Shown here: one piece after another, positions 30,318 to 42,191 of the stretch
Layout of the letters: every line of letters starts with the position of its first letter
Numbering within the stretch: the first letter of the stretch is position 1
Assembly (NCBI RefSeq): GCF_046105845.1
Contig: NZ_CP151004.1
Strand: one strand, 5' to 3'
Length of the DNA: 64,000 bases
DNA from: Escherichia coli
Lineage (GTDB): Bacteria; Pseudomonadota; Gammaproteobacteria; Enterobacterales; Enterobacteriaceae
Translations under genes and position numbers: made by a program
Notes under the pieces: generated by a model
The model's input: only the letters and a program-made list of their open reading frames with translations
Database searches by the model: none
What the model was told of the DNA's origin: nothing

Positions 30318-32210
30318 TTACATCACCAGACGGCGAATGTCAGACAGCGTGTTGTTAATGATGGTAATGAAACGGGCACCATCAGCACCGTCGATCACGC
30401 GGTGGTCGAAGGAGAGAGAAATCGGCAGCATCAGACGCGGCACGAACTCTTTACCATTCCACACCGGCTCCATCGCGGACTTGGAAACGCCGAGGATAGC
30501 CACTTCCGGCGCGTTCACAATCGGCGCGAAGTGGGTAGTACCCAGGCCGCCGATGCTGGAGATGGTGAAGCAACCGCCCTGCATTTCGCCCGCAGTCAGC
30601 TTACCGTCACGCGCTTTCTTAGAAATAGTCATCAGCTCGCGAGACAGCTCGATGATGCCTTTCTTGTTGACGTCTTTGAATACCGGAACAACCAGACCGT
30701 TCGGGGTATCCACCGCCACACCGATGTTGATGTATTTCTTCAGGGTCAGACGCTGACCGTCTTCCGACAGCGAACTGTTGAAGCGAGGCATCTGCTCAAG
30801 AGCTGCAGCAACCGCTTTCATGATGAAGACAACCGGGGTGATCTTCACATCCAGCTTACGTTTCGCCGCTTCTTCGTTCTGCTGTTTACGGAACGCTTCC
30901 AGCTCGGTGATATCGGTTTTGTCGAAGTGAGTAACATGCGGGATCATCACCCAGTTACGGCTCAGGTTCGCACCAGAAATTTTCTGGATACGGCCCAGTT
31001 CCACTTCTTCGATTTCACCAAACTTGCTGAAGTCCACCTTCGGCCACGGCAGCATACCTGGGATACCGCCGCCAGTCGCCGCCGGAGCCGCTTCTGCACG
31101 TTTGATAGCTTCTTTCACGTAAGCCTGAACGTCTTCGCGCAGGATACGACCTTTACGGCCAGTGCCCTTCACTTTCGCCAGGTTAACGCCAAATTCGCGT
31201 GCCAGACGGCGGATTAGCGGAGTCGCGTGAACGTAAGCGTCGTTTTCAGCAAATTCAGATTTGCCTTCCGCTTTCGCAGCCGGTGCTGCTGCTGGAGCTT
31301 CAGCTTTTGCTGCCGGAGCCGGCGCTGCCGCTTCCTGTTTCGCAGGAGCTGCCGCAGGCGCTGCGCCTTCAACTTCGAAGATCATAATCAGCGAGCCAGT
31401 TTTCACTTTATCGCCAACGTTGACTTTCAGTTCCTTCACGACGCCTGCAAACGGAGCCGGGACTTCCATAGAAGCTTTATCGCCTTCTACGGTGATCAGT
31501 GACTGTTCAGCGGCAACTTTGTCGCCCACTTTCACCATCACTTCGGTCACTTCAACTTCGTCACCGCCGATATCCGGAACGTTAACTTCTTTCACGCCAG
31601 CCGCTGGTGCAGGAGCCGCTGCCGGAGCCGCTTCCTGTTTAGCCGCCGGAGCTGCCGCGCCCGCTTCACCCGCGACTTCGAAGACCATAATCAGCGAGCC
31701 GGTAGACACTTTGTCACCCACGTTCACTTTGATCTCTTTCACGGTGCCTGCAAACGGAGCCGGAACTTCCATAGAAGCCTTGTCGCCTTCTACGGTGATC
31801 AGCGACTGTTCAGCTTCAACTTTATCGCCAACTTTCACCAGGATTTCGGTCACTTCGACTTCGTCGCTGCCGATATCCGGAACGTTAACGTCTTTTGCCG
31901 CCGCAGCCGCTGGTGCTGCTGCCGGAGCTGCTTCTTTCTTCTCTTCTGCCTGAGCAGGTGCAGCGTCAGCTGCACCGTCGGCGGAATCGAAAATCATAAT
32001 CAGTGCGCCGGTCTGGGTTTTATCGCCAACAGAGACTTTGATCTCTTTAACGATACCCGCCTGCGGAGACGGAACTTCCATAGAGGCTTTGTCGCCTTCT
32101 ACGGTGATCAGCGACTGTTCGGCTTCAACTTTGTCGCCCACTTTGACCAGGATCTCGGTGATTTCAACTTCATCAGCCCCGATGTCCGGTACTTTGATTT
32201 CGATAGCCAT
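30318..32210 (-). CDS. aceF: Pyruvate dehydrogenase E2 (dihydrolipoyllysine acetyltransferase) with three lipoyl domains
   Basis: 630-aa ORF; three repeated lipoyl domains (…[10 protein letters not shown]…) then catalytic domain. Confidence 0.97.
31350..32210 (-). repeat. Three tandem ~300-bp direct repeats encoding the aceF lipoyl domains
   Basis: Near-identical DNA blocks (e.g. GCCTTCTACGGTGATCAGCGACTGTTC recurs at about 31480, 31790, 32095). Confidence 0.9.
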
Positions 32211-32224
32211 TATTCTTTTACCTC

Positions 32225-34888
32225 TTAAGCCAGACGCGGGTTAACTTTATCTGCATCGATGTTGAATTTGGCGATTGCGTCAGCAACCACTTTCTTATCG
32301 ATTTCGCCACGTTTAGCCAGTTCGCCCAGCGCCGCAACCACGACATAAGAAGCATCAACTTCGAAGTGGTGACGCAGGTTCTCACGGCTGTCGGAACGAC
32401 CGAAGCCATCAGTACCCAGTACGCGGTAGTCGTCAGCCGGTACGTAAGTACGGACCTGCTCAGCGAACAGTTTCATATAGTCGGTAGATGCCACTGCCGG
32501 AGCATCGTTCATCACCTGAGCGATATACGGAACGCGCGGAGTTTCCAGCGGGTGCAGCATGTTCCAGCGTTCACAATCCTGACCATCACGCGCCAGTTCG
32601 GTGAAGGAGGTCACGCTATAAACGTCAGAACCTACGCCGTAATCTTTCGCCAGGATCTCTGCTGCTTCACGGACGTGACGCAGGATAGAACCGGAGCCGA
32701 GCAGCTGAACTTTACCTTTGCTACCTTCAATGGTTTCGAGTTTGTAGATACCTTTACGGATACCTTCCTCAGCACCTTCCGGCATTGCCGGCATGTGGTA
32801 GTTTTCGTTCAGCGTAGTGATGTAGTAGTAAACGTTCTCTTGTTTTTCACCGTACATACGCTCCAGACCGTCATGCATGATGACAGCAACTTCGTAAGCG
32901 TAAGCAGGGTCGTAAGAGATACAGTTCGGGATAGTCAGCGACTGAATGTGGCTGTGACCATCTTCGTGCTGCAGACCTTCACCGTTCAGGGTGGTACGAC
33001 CGGAAGTACCGCCGATCAGGAAGCCACGCGCTTGCTGGTCGCCAGCCGCCCAGCACAGATCGCCGATACGCTGGAAGCCGAACATCGAGTAATAGATGTA
33101 GAACGGAATCATCGGCAGATTGTTGGTGCTGTAAGAGGTCGCCGCTGCCAGCCAGGAACAACCTGCGCCCAGCTCGTTGATCCCTTCCTGCAGAATCTGA
33201 CCTTTCTCGTCTTCTTTATAGTAAGCAACCTGCTCGCGGTCCTGCGGGGTGTACTGCTGACCGTTCGGGCTGTAAATACCAATCTGACGGAACAGACCTT
33301 CCATACCGAAAGTACGCGCTTCGTCGGCGATGATCGGTACCAGACGATCTTTGATCGACTTGTTCTTCAGCATTACGTTCAGGGCACGAACGAAAGCGAT
33401 AGTGGTAGAGATCTCTTTGCTCTGCTCTTCCAGCAGCGCGCCGAAGTCTTGCAGGCTCGGCAGCTCAAGCTTCTCGGTGAAGTTCGGCTGACGGCTTGGC
33501 AGATAACCGTGCAGTTTCTGACGCTGAGCGTGCAGATAGGTATGCTCTTCAGAACCTTCCGGGAAGGTGATGTACGGCAGTTTTTCGATATCAGCATCAG
33601 ACACCGGCACATTGAAACGGTCGCGGATGTGACGCACGCCGTCCATGTTCATTTTCTTAACCTGGTGCGCGATGTTTTTACCTTCAGCCGCGTCGCCCAT
33701 GCCGTAACCTTTAATGGTATGAGCAAGGATCACCGTCGCTTTGCCTTTGGTTTCCTGCGCTTTCTTGAATGCAGCGTAGATTTTCTTCGGATCGTGACCA
33801 CCACGGTTCAGCGCCCAGATCTGCTCGTCAGTCCAGTCTGCAACCAGTGCTGCGGTTTCAGGATATTTACCGAAGAAGTGCTCACGAACGTACGCACCAT
33901 CTTTCGATTTGAAGGTCTGGTAGTCGCCGTCAACGGTTTCGTTCATCAGCTGGATCAGTTTACCGCTGGTATCTTTACGCAGCAGTTCATCCCAACGGCT
34001 ACCCCACATTACTTTGATCACGTTCCAGCCAGCACCTTCGAAGATGCCTTCCAGTTCGTTGATGATCTTGCCGTTACCGGTGACCGGGCCGTCAAGACGC
34101 TGCAGGTTACAGTTGATAACGAAGACCAGGTTATCCAGTTTTTCACGGGTAGCGATGGTGATCGCACCTTTGGATTCCGGTTCGTCCATTTCACCGTCGC
34201 CGAGGAACGCGTAAACGGTCTGTTTAGAGGTATCTTTCAGGCCACGGTGTTCCAGATATTTCAGGAATTTAGCCTGGTAAATAGCACCAATCGGACCCAG
34301 ACCCATAGATACGGTCGGGAACTGCCAGAATTCCGGCATCAGTTTCGGGTGCGGATAGGAAGAGAGGCCATTGCCGTGAACTTCCTGACGGAAGTTATCC
34401 AGCTGCTCCTGAGTCAGACGACCTTCCAGGAAAGCACGTGCGTAAACGCCCGGGGAGATGTGGCCCTGGAAGTAAACCAGGTCGCCGCCATCCTGCTCGT
34501 TGCGTGCACGGAAGAAGTGGTTAAAGCACACATCATAAATGGTTGCGGAAGACTGGAAGGACGCCATGTGGCCGCCCAGTTCGAGGTCTTTTTTCGACGC
34601 ACGCAGAACCGTCATGATGGCGTTCCAGCGGATAGCTGAACGAATACGGCGTTCCAGTTCCAGATTACCCGGATACTCCGGTTGTTCTTCAACGGGGATG
34701 GTGTTGATGTAGTTGCTGATACCGGTGCCTGCGGCTACGTTGACACCGCCTTTGCGGGCTTCAGCAAGCAGTTGGTCGATCAGATACTGAGCACGCTCAA
34801 CACCTTCTTCACGGATGACCGATTCGATCGCCTGGAGCCAGTCGCGAGTTTCGATCGGATCCACGTCATTTGGGAAACGTTCTGACAT
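32225..34888 (-). CDS. aceE: Pyruvate dehydrogenase E1 component
   Basis: 887-aa ORF recognised as AceE ([29 protein letters not shown]...). Confidence 0.97.
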
Positions 34889-35048
34889 GGGTTATTCCTT
34901 ATCTATCTAATAACGTTGAGTTTTCTGGAACCTGTCCCATTGAACTCTCGCCGGAAAGCTCAATAAGACAGGTTCTACGTTTAGTTGCCGCGCTTTTATA
35001 TGCGCTTGATTTACAACATCTTCTGGATAATTTTTACCAGAAAAATCA

Positions 35049-35813
35049 CTAATTCTTTCGTTGCTCCAGACGACGCAGAGAACGCTCACGGCGACTCTCT
35101 TCGCGGCTTCTGTCGAGCAAAATTTCTTCGATAAAGGCCAGATGGCGATGCGATGCTTCGCGCGCTTCTTCCGGCTTACCGGCCATAATCGCTTCAAATA
35201 TGCGGGTGCGGTGACTACTCACCAGCGGCAGCATCTCGCGACGCGAATAGAGCAATTCGAAGTTCTGGCGGACATTCTGGGCCAACATCGGCTCCATACA
35301 CCTTAGCAGATGAAGCAGAACCACATTGTGGGCCGCTTCGGTGACGGCAATCTGATACTGGAGTACGGCATTTGATTCCGCGTCCAGATCGCCAGACTGC
35401 TGCGCCAGCTCTATGGCGTGGTGGAGTTCACGGATGCGTTCCTTGTCTTCATCGGTACTACGCAGCGCGGCGTAATAAGCGGCGATACCTTCCAGGGCGT
35501 GTCGTGTTTCGAGCAAGTCATACTGTGATTCAGGATGGTCGGAGAGCAGCTCCACCAGCGGATCGCTGAAGCTTTGCCATAGGCTGCTCTGGACAAAAGT
35601 GCCGCCACCCTGGCGACGAAGCAACAAGCCCTTCGCTTCGAGACGTTGAATCGCCTCACGCAAGGAGGGACGGGAGACGTCAAACTGTTTTGCCAGTTCG
35701 CGTTCCGGTGGGAGTTTTTCGCCCGGGCGGAGAGTGCCTTCGAGGATCAAAAACTCCAGTTGCTGCTCAATCACATCGGAGAGTTTTGGTTGGCGGATTT
35801 TGCTGTAGGCCAT
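35049..35813 (-). CDS. pdhR: GntR-family pyruvate dehydrogenase complex repressor
   Basis: ORF 35049..35846; ATG at 35813 gives 254 aa ([21 protein letters not shown]...). Confidence 0.95.
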
Positions 35814-35844
35814 GAGTTCCTGTCTTAAGCCACTTGCCGAAGTC

Positions 35845-35861
35845 AATTGGTCTTACCAATT
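35845..35861 (-). promoter_or_regulatory. PdhR operator (AATTGGTAAGACCAATT) in the pdhR promoter/leader
   Basis: 17-bp palindrome matching the PdhR box core ATTGGT-N3-ACCAAT, 32 bp upstream of the pdhR ATG. Confidence 0.85.
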
Positions 35862-36242
35862 TCATGTCTGTGACGCTAAAGTAACAAAGTATTCACCTTA
35901 TGTCCATACAGGTTTTGATTGAAATCATGAAACTGTGCACATTTTAACAACTTGACATATATAACGTTTCAAAGTTGTAACCATGCACAAATGTAGACTT
36001 TACGTAGGAAAGGGATTTTTTAACGATTATTAAACTATAAAAATCCGAATTGAACCGATTCACTTACCAATTTATCGATTTTTAATTCAAAAATATTGAA
36101 TTTATATTCATTTTGCATATTGAGGGGATTTGAGGCTGACCTTTACAAACGGTTCCTTTTTAAGCAACTCATCTTCAACCATGCATAAAGCGGGTGCATT
36201 CGCTGCCGCATACCATTATTCTTTATCTGACGGAAGTCATTT

Positions 36243-36283
36243 TGTAACAATTCAAAAGTCTTTAATGTAAACAAATCAATACA
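36243..36283 (+). promoter_or_regulatory. Candidate TyrR boxes upstream of aroP (TGTAAC-N6-AAAGTC and TGTAAA-N6-AATACA)
   Basis: Two partial matches to TGTAAA-N6-TTTACA, 70-110 bp upstream of the aroP ATG. Confidence 0.4.
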
Positions 36284-36353
36284 AAAAACGGAATTGCAAA
36301 CTTACACACGCATCACTGCGTAGATCAAAAAAACAATCACCGCACGAGGTTTC

Positions 36354-37727
36354 ATGATGGAAGGTCAACAGCACGGCGAGCAGCTAAAGCGCGGCCTTAA
36401 AAACCGCCACATACAGCTTATCGCGCTGGGAGGCGCGATAGGGACAGGGCTATTCCTGGGTAGCGCCTCCGTAATACAGTCCGCAGGGCCAGGGATTATC
36501 CTGGGTTACGCCATTGCTGGTTTTATCGCCTTTCTGATCATGCGTCAGCTGGGTGAAATGGTGGTCGAAGAACCTGTCGCAGGCTCCTTTAGCCACTTTG
36601 CTTATAAATACTGGGGCAGTTTTGCCGGTTTCGCCTCTGGCTGGAACTACTGGGTACTGTACGTTTTAGTTGCCATGGCAGAGCTGACTGCCGTGGGTAA
36701 ATACATTCAGTTCTGGTATCCGGAAATCCCAACCTGGGTTTCTGCCGCCGTGTTCTTTGTGGTGATCAACGCCATTAACCTGACCAACGTAAAAGTGTTT
36801 GGCGAGATGGAGTTCTGGTTTGCCATTATCAAAGTTATCGCGGTGGTAGCGATGATCATCTTCGGCGGCTGGCTGCTATTCAGCGGCAACGGCGGCCCGC
36901 AGGCGAGCGTTAGCAACCTGTGGGATCAGGGTGGTTTCCTGCCGCACGGCTTCACCGGGCTGGTGATGATGATGGCGATTATCATGTTCTCTTTCGGTGG
37001 TCTGGAACTGGTGGGCATCACCGCAGCAGAAGCAGATAACCCGGAGCAAAGTATTCCAAAAGCGACTAACCAGGTTATCTACCGCATCCTGATTTTCTAC
37101 ATTGGTTCGTTAGCCGTTCTGCTCTCGCTGATGCCGTGGACCCGCGTTACTGCTGATACCAGTCCGTTTGTACTGATCTTCCACGAATTGGGCGATACCT
37201 TTGTGGCGAATGCGCTGAACATCGTGGTACTGACTGCTGCGCTCTCCGTGTACAACAGCTGCGTATATTGCAACAGCCGTATGCTGTTTGGTCTGGCACA
37301 ACAGGGCAACGCGCCAAAAGCGCTGGCGTCTGTCGATAAACGCGGCGTACCAGTCAACACCATTCTGGTGTCTGCGCTGGTTACGGCATTGTGCGTGCTG
37401 ATTAACTACCTTGCACCGGAATCCGCATTCGGCCTGTTAATGGCGCTGGTGGTATCTGCACTGGTAATCAACTGGGCGATGATTAGCCTGGCGCATATGA
37501 AATTCCGTCGCGCCAAGCAGGAACAAGGCGTGGTAACTCGCTTCCCTGCTCTGCTTTATCCGCTGGGTAACTGGATCTGCCTGCTGTTTATGGCGGCGGT
37601 ATTGGTGATTATGCTGATGACCCCAGGAATGGCGATTTCGGTATACCTGATCCCGGTATGGCTGATCGTGTTAGGTATCGGCTATCTGTTTAAAGAGAAA
37701 ACCGCCAAAGCCGTAAAAGCGCATTAA
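36354..37727 (+). CDS. aroP: Aromatic amino acid:H+ symporter
   Basis: 457-aa multi-TM ORF recognised as AroP (MMEGQQHGEQLKRGLKNRHIQLIALGGAIGTGLFLG...). Confidence 0.96.
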   Translation: MMEGQQHGEQLKRGLKNRHIQLIALGGAIGTGLFLGSASVIQSAGPGIILGYAIAGFIAFLIMRQLGEMVVEEPVAGSFSHFAYKYWGSFAGFASGWNYWVLYVLVAMAELTAVGKYIQFWYPEIPTWVSAAVFFVVINAINLTNVKVFGEMEFWFAIIKVIAVVAMIIFGGWLLFSGNGGPQASVSNLWDQGGFLPHGFTGLVMMMAIIMFSFGGLELVGITAAEADNPEQSIPKATNQVIYRILIFYIGSLAVLLSLMPWTRVTADTSPFVLIFHELGDTFVANALNIVVLTAALSVYNSCVYCNSRMLFGLAQQGNAPKALASVDKRGVPVNTILVSALVTALCVLINYLAPESAFGLLMALVVSALVINWAMISLAHMKFRRAKQEQGVVTRFPALLYPLGNWICLLFMAAVLVIMLMTPGMAISVYLIPVWLIVLGIGYLFKEKTAKAVKAH

Positions 37728-37736
37728 TCTCTCTAC

Positions 37737-37761
37737 GCCCTCTCCCGTGCAGGGTGAGGGC
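37737..37761. terminator. Hairpin between convergent aroP and ampE (GCCCTC-tcccgtgcagggt-GAGGGC)
   Basis: 6-bp stem in the 42-bp convergent spacer; no clear T-tract. Confidence 0.35.
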
Positions 37762-37769
37762 AATAATCT

Positions 37770-38624
37770 TTACACCAACGCCCCGTAAATCGTCAGTAGC
37801 GCAATTACCACCACGACCACGAACGAGGTTTTCTTCGCCATGGAAACCGCTGCCTTCGGCGTCTCCACCTTATCGACATGCGGTTCACGCGCCAGAGAGA
37901 ACTGTGCCAGACGCGTTAATACCTGATATTGCGAAGTATGGAAATCACCCAGCGAAGCAAACCAGGCCGGTAACGCTTTCTCCCCATGACCGATCAAGGC
38001 ATATACCACACCCGCAAGACGAACCGGCACCCAATCCAGTACATGAAGCACGGCATCAATGCCGGACTGTAAACGATGATGCGGCGTCTGGTAACGCGCC
38101 AGCCAGTATTGCCATGCACGCAAAAACGCATACCCCATCAGCGTAACGGGTCCCCAGGTTCCCCCCACAATCAGCCAGAACAGCGGTGCAAGATAAAAAC
38201 GAAAGTTAATCCACAGCAATGCATTTTGCAGCTCACGCAAATACTCACGTTCATCGCAGCCTGCCGGGACGCCGTGAATCATGGTGAGTTCGCCAGCCAT
38301 CGTAGCACGGGCATGGCTATCATTACGTGAAGCAGCTGTCAGATAAGCATGATAATGAAGACGAACTTTGCCTGCGCCAATACACAGCAAACCAATCAGC
38401 AGCCACACCAGCAGCGTGGGAACGTTGAATAATACTCCCTGCAATGTGCGTAACAGTAAAAAAGTCACGCCCATCGCAATAATGGTCATGCCTAATGTGC
38501 GCCCGAGAGAAAAATGTTTCACCCGCCGAAAGAACGCTTCAAGACGATGATCAAGCTGCCAGTGCTCGCCCAACTTAAACAGGCGCTCGAAAATTAACAC
38601 CAGTAAGGTTGTAAATAGCGTCAT
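37770..38624 (-). CDS. ampE: Inner membrane protein AmpE
   Basis: ORF 37770..38663; ATG at 38624 gives 284 aa ([16 protein letters not shown]...); start overlaps the ampD stop (ATGA). Confidence 0.93.
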   Translation of the reverse strand: MTLFTTLLVLIFERLFKLGEHWQLDHRLEAFFRRVKHFSLGRTLGMTIIAMGVTFLLLRTLQGVLFNVPTLLVWLLIGLLCIGAGKVRLHYHAYLTAASRNDSHARATMAGELTMIHGVPAGCDEREYLRELQNALLWINFRFYLAPLFWLIVGGTWGPVTLMGYAFLRAWQYWLARYQTPHHRLQSGIDAVLHVLDWVPVRLAGVVYALIGHGEKALPAWFASLGDFHTSQYQVLTRLAQFSLAREPHVDKVETPKAAVSMAKKTSFVVVVVIALLTIYGALV

Positions 38625-39172
38625 GTTGTCTCCTTGCTGACCAGTGCACGAAACCGTGCCCAATCAAATGCAGGACCGGGATCGGTTTTCCGATCCGGCG
38701 CAATATCACAATGGCCCGTCATGTTATTAGCGATATCTGGATAGCGATCAATCAGTGCCCGCGTAACCGCCGCAAGCTGTTGATACTGCGCATCGGTATA
38801 CGCCAGCGTATCGGTGCCTTCCAGCTCAATCCCAATAGAAAAATCATTGCAGCGTTCGCGCCCCTGATACTGAGAGACTCCCGCATGCCAGGCACGTTTA
38901 TCGAAAGGAACATACTGGACTATTTCACCATCGCGGCGAATCAAACAGTGAGCGGAGACGCGCAAATGGGCGATCTCAGCAAAGAAAGGATGTGCCTGCG
39001 GATCAATAGTTCCAGTGAATAATGCGTCGATCCACGGACCGCCAAACTCGCCTGGCGGCAGGCTAATATTGTGCACCACCAGCAGGGTGGGTGTTTCGTC
39101 ATCCGGGCGGCAATCGTAATGTGGTGAGGGAACGCGGCGCGCGCCAACCAGCCACCCCTGTTCTAACAACAT
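38621..39172 (-). CDS. ampD: 1,6-anhydro-N-acetylmuramyl-L-alanine amidase
   Basis: 183-aa ORF recognised as AmpD ([26 protein letters not shown]...). Confidence 0.95.
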   Translation of the reverse strand: MLLEQGWLVGARRVPSPHYDCRPDDETPTLLVVHNISLPPGEFGGPWIDALFTGTIDPQAHPFFAEIAHLRVSAHCLIRRDGEIVQYVPFDKRAWHAGVSQYQGRERCNDFSIGIELEGTDTLAYTDAQYQQLAAVTRALIDRYPDIANNMTGHCDIAPDRKTDPGPAFDWARFRALVSKETT

Positions 39173-39199
39173 GCAGGATCTCCTTATATGTGGTGCTAA

Positions 39200-40153
<954 letters not shown>

Positions 40154-40165
40154 TTGCTGACAGAT

Positions 40166-40191
40166 TTATCCGCTCCATCGCGGGCGGATAA
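40166..40191 (+). terminator. Hairpin after nadC (TTATCCGC-loop-GCGGATAA)
   Basis: 8-bp perfect stem 13 nt after the nadC stop; pyrimidine-rich tail, no clean T-run. Confidence 0.35.
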
Positions 40192-40355
40192 TCTCCCCTT
40201 TCCCAACTTTCTTCGCAACGCCTCGCAAATTTCTTGTCTTTCGCTGCAACGTAATAAAAAACTCCGGAAGCTGCTTTCCCGTTTCGTTTTTTGCCCCTCG
40301 CTTGTGCTGATGGCGTTTGCCAAAGTAGCGCCAACCAAATCAAGGAGCGAAACAA

Positions 40356-40796
40356 ATGGACAAGCAACGCGGTTTTACACTTATCGAACTGATGGTGGTT
40401 ATTGGCATCATTGCCATTTTAAGCGCCATTGGTATTCCCGCTTATCAAAACTACCTGCGCAAAGCCGCACTCACCGACATGCTACAAACCTTTGTGCCTT
40501 ACCGTACCGCCGTAGAGTTGTGCGCGCTGGAACATGGTGGATTAGATACCTGCGACGGTGGCAGTAATGGCATCCCCTCGCCTACCACCACCCGCTATGT
40601 TTCAGCCATGAGTGTGGCAAAGGGCGTGGTGTCGCTGACCGGGCAAGAAAGTCTCAATGGGCTAAGCGTCATCATGACGCCGGGTTGGGATAACGCAAAC
40701 GGCGTCACCGGTTGGACGCGCAACTGCAATATTCAAAGTGACAGCGCATTGCAGCAAGCCTGCGAAGATGTCTTTCGCTTTGATGACGCAAACTAA
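40356..40796 (+). CDS. ppdD: Type IV prepilin-like major pilin
   Basis: 146-aa ORF with prepilin leader and N-methylation motif (MDKQRGFTLIELMVVIGIIAILSAIGIPAY). Confidence 0.95.
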   Translation: MDKQRGFTLIELMVVIGIIAILSAIGIPAYQNYLRKAALTDMLQTFVPYRTAVELCALEHGGLDTCDGGSNGIPSPTTTRYVSAMSVAKGVVSLTGQESLNGLSVIMTPGWDNANGVTGWTRNCNIQSDSALQQACEDVFRFDDAN

Positions 40797-40805
40797 GGAG
40801 TGGCA

Positions 40806-42191
40806 ATGAATATTCCACAGCTCACTGCCCTGTGTCTGCGTTATCAGGGAGTCTTGCTGGATGCCAGCGAAGAGGTGGTTCATGTTGCGGTAGTCGATGC
40901 ACCTTCGCATGAGCTACTGGACGCATTGCATTTCGCTACCACCAAACGTATTGAGATAACCTGCTGGACGCGCCAACAAATGGAAGGTCACGCCAGTCGC
41001 ACACAACAGACATTGCCCGTAGCTGTTCAGGAGAAGCATCAGCCCAAAGCAGAGTTGCTGACTCGAACGTTACAATCTGCGCTGGAACAACGCGCGTCTG
41101 ATATTCATATCGAACCAGCGGACAATGCCTACCACATCCGCTTGCGTATCGACGGCGTATTGCATCCTTTACCGGATGTTTCACCGGATGCCGGAGTCGC
41201 ATTAACCGCCAGATTAAAAGTTCAGGGAAACCTGGATATTGCGGAACATCGCCTGCCGCAGGACGGGCAATTCACTGTCGAACTGGCAGGAAACGCCGTC
41301 TCATTTCGTATTGCGACCTTACCATGTCGGGGTGGTGAAAAGGTGGTATTAAGGTTGTTACAGCAGGTGAGCCAGGCACTGGATGTTAACACGCTGGGAA
41401 TGCAGCCGTTGCAACTGGCGGGCTTTGCTCATGCCTTGCAACAACCACAGGGACTGGTGCTGGTAACAGGCCCTACCGGCAGCGGCAAAACGGTCACGCT
41501 TTATAGTGCCCTGCAAACGCTGAATACCGCTGACATTAATATTTGTAGCGTCGAAGATCCGGTTGAGATCCCCATAGCCGGACTAAACCAGACGCAAATC
41601 CATCCGCGTGCCGGACTCACCTTTCAGGGCGTTTTGCGTGCGTTATTGCGCCAGGACCCTGACGTCATCATGATCGGAGAGATCCGCGATGGCGAAACGG
41701 CAGAAATTGCCATAAAAGCCGCACAAACCGGTCACCTGGTGTTGTCCACGCTACACACCAATTCCACCTGCGAAACGCTGGTGCGTTTACAGCAAATGGG
41801 CGTTGCTCGCTGGATGCTCTCATCGGCACTTACGCTGGTAATAGCCCAGCGTCTGGTACGTAAACTTTGCCCACATTGTCGCCGACAGCAAGGGGAGCCC
41901 ATCCATATTCCAGACAATGTATGGCCATCGCCGCTGCCCCACTGGCAGGCACCCGGTTGTGTACATTGCTACCACGGTTTTTATGGTCGCACGGCCTTAT
42001 TTGAAGTTCTGCCCATAACACCGGTCATACGTCAGCTTATTTCCGCTAATACCGACGTTGAATCGCTGGAAATGCACGCCCGACAGGCGGGTATGCGTAC
42101 GCTTTTTGAAAACGGCTGCCTGGCCGTGGAGCAAGGCTTAACCACCTTTGAAGAGTTAATCCGCGTATTGGGGATGCCGCATGGCGAGTAA
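40806..42191 (+). CDS. hofB: Type IV pilus / T2SS GspE-family assembly ATPase
   Basis: ORF 40800..42191; ATG at 40806 gives 461 aa; Walker A GPTGSGKT and zinc-binding CxxC…CxxC. Confidence 0.94.
   Translation: MNIPQLTALCLRYQGVLLDASEEVVHVAVVDAPSHELLDALHFATTKRIEITCWTRQQMEGHASRTQQTLPVAVQEKHQPKAELLTRTLQSALEQRASDIHIEPADNAYHIRLRIDGVLHPLPDVSPDAGVALTARLKVQGNLDIAEHRLPQDGQFTVELAGNAVSFRIATLPCRGGEKVVLRLLQQVSQALDVNTLGMQPLQLAGFAHALQQPQGLVLVTGPTGSGKTVTLYSALQTLNTADINICSVEDPVEIPIAGLNQTQIHPRAGLTFQGVLRALLRQDPDVIMIGEIRDGETAEIAIKAAQTGHLVLSTLHTNSTCETLVRLQQMGVARWMLSSALTLVIAQRLVRKLCPHCRRQQGEPIHIPDNVWPSPLPHWQAPGCVHCYHGFYGRTALFEVLPITPVIRQLISANTDVESLEMHARQAGMRTLFENGCLAVEQGLTTFEELIRVLGMPHGE

Noticed and set aside
30273-31953. 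Ala/Pro/Ser-rich ORFs antisense to aceF (30273..31217, 31261..31953)
   Set aside because: Mirror image of the Ala/Pro-rich lipoyl-domain linkers of aceF; low-complexity antisense frames, not genes.
32366-34639. 757-codon open reading frame antisense to aceE
   Set aside because: Entirely inside and opposite the well-supported aceE gene, with no independent start context; long antisense ORFs are a common by-product of codon bias in highly expressed genes.
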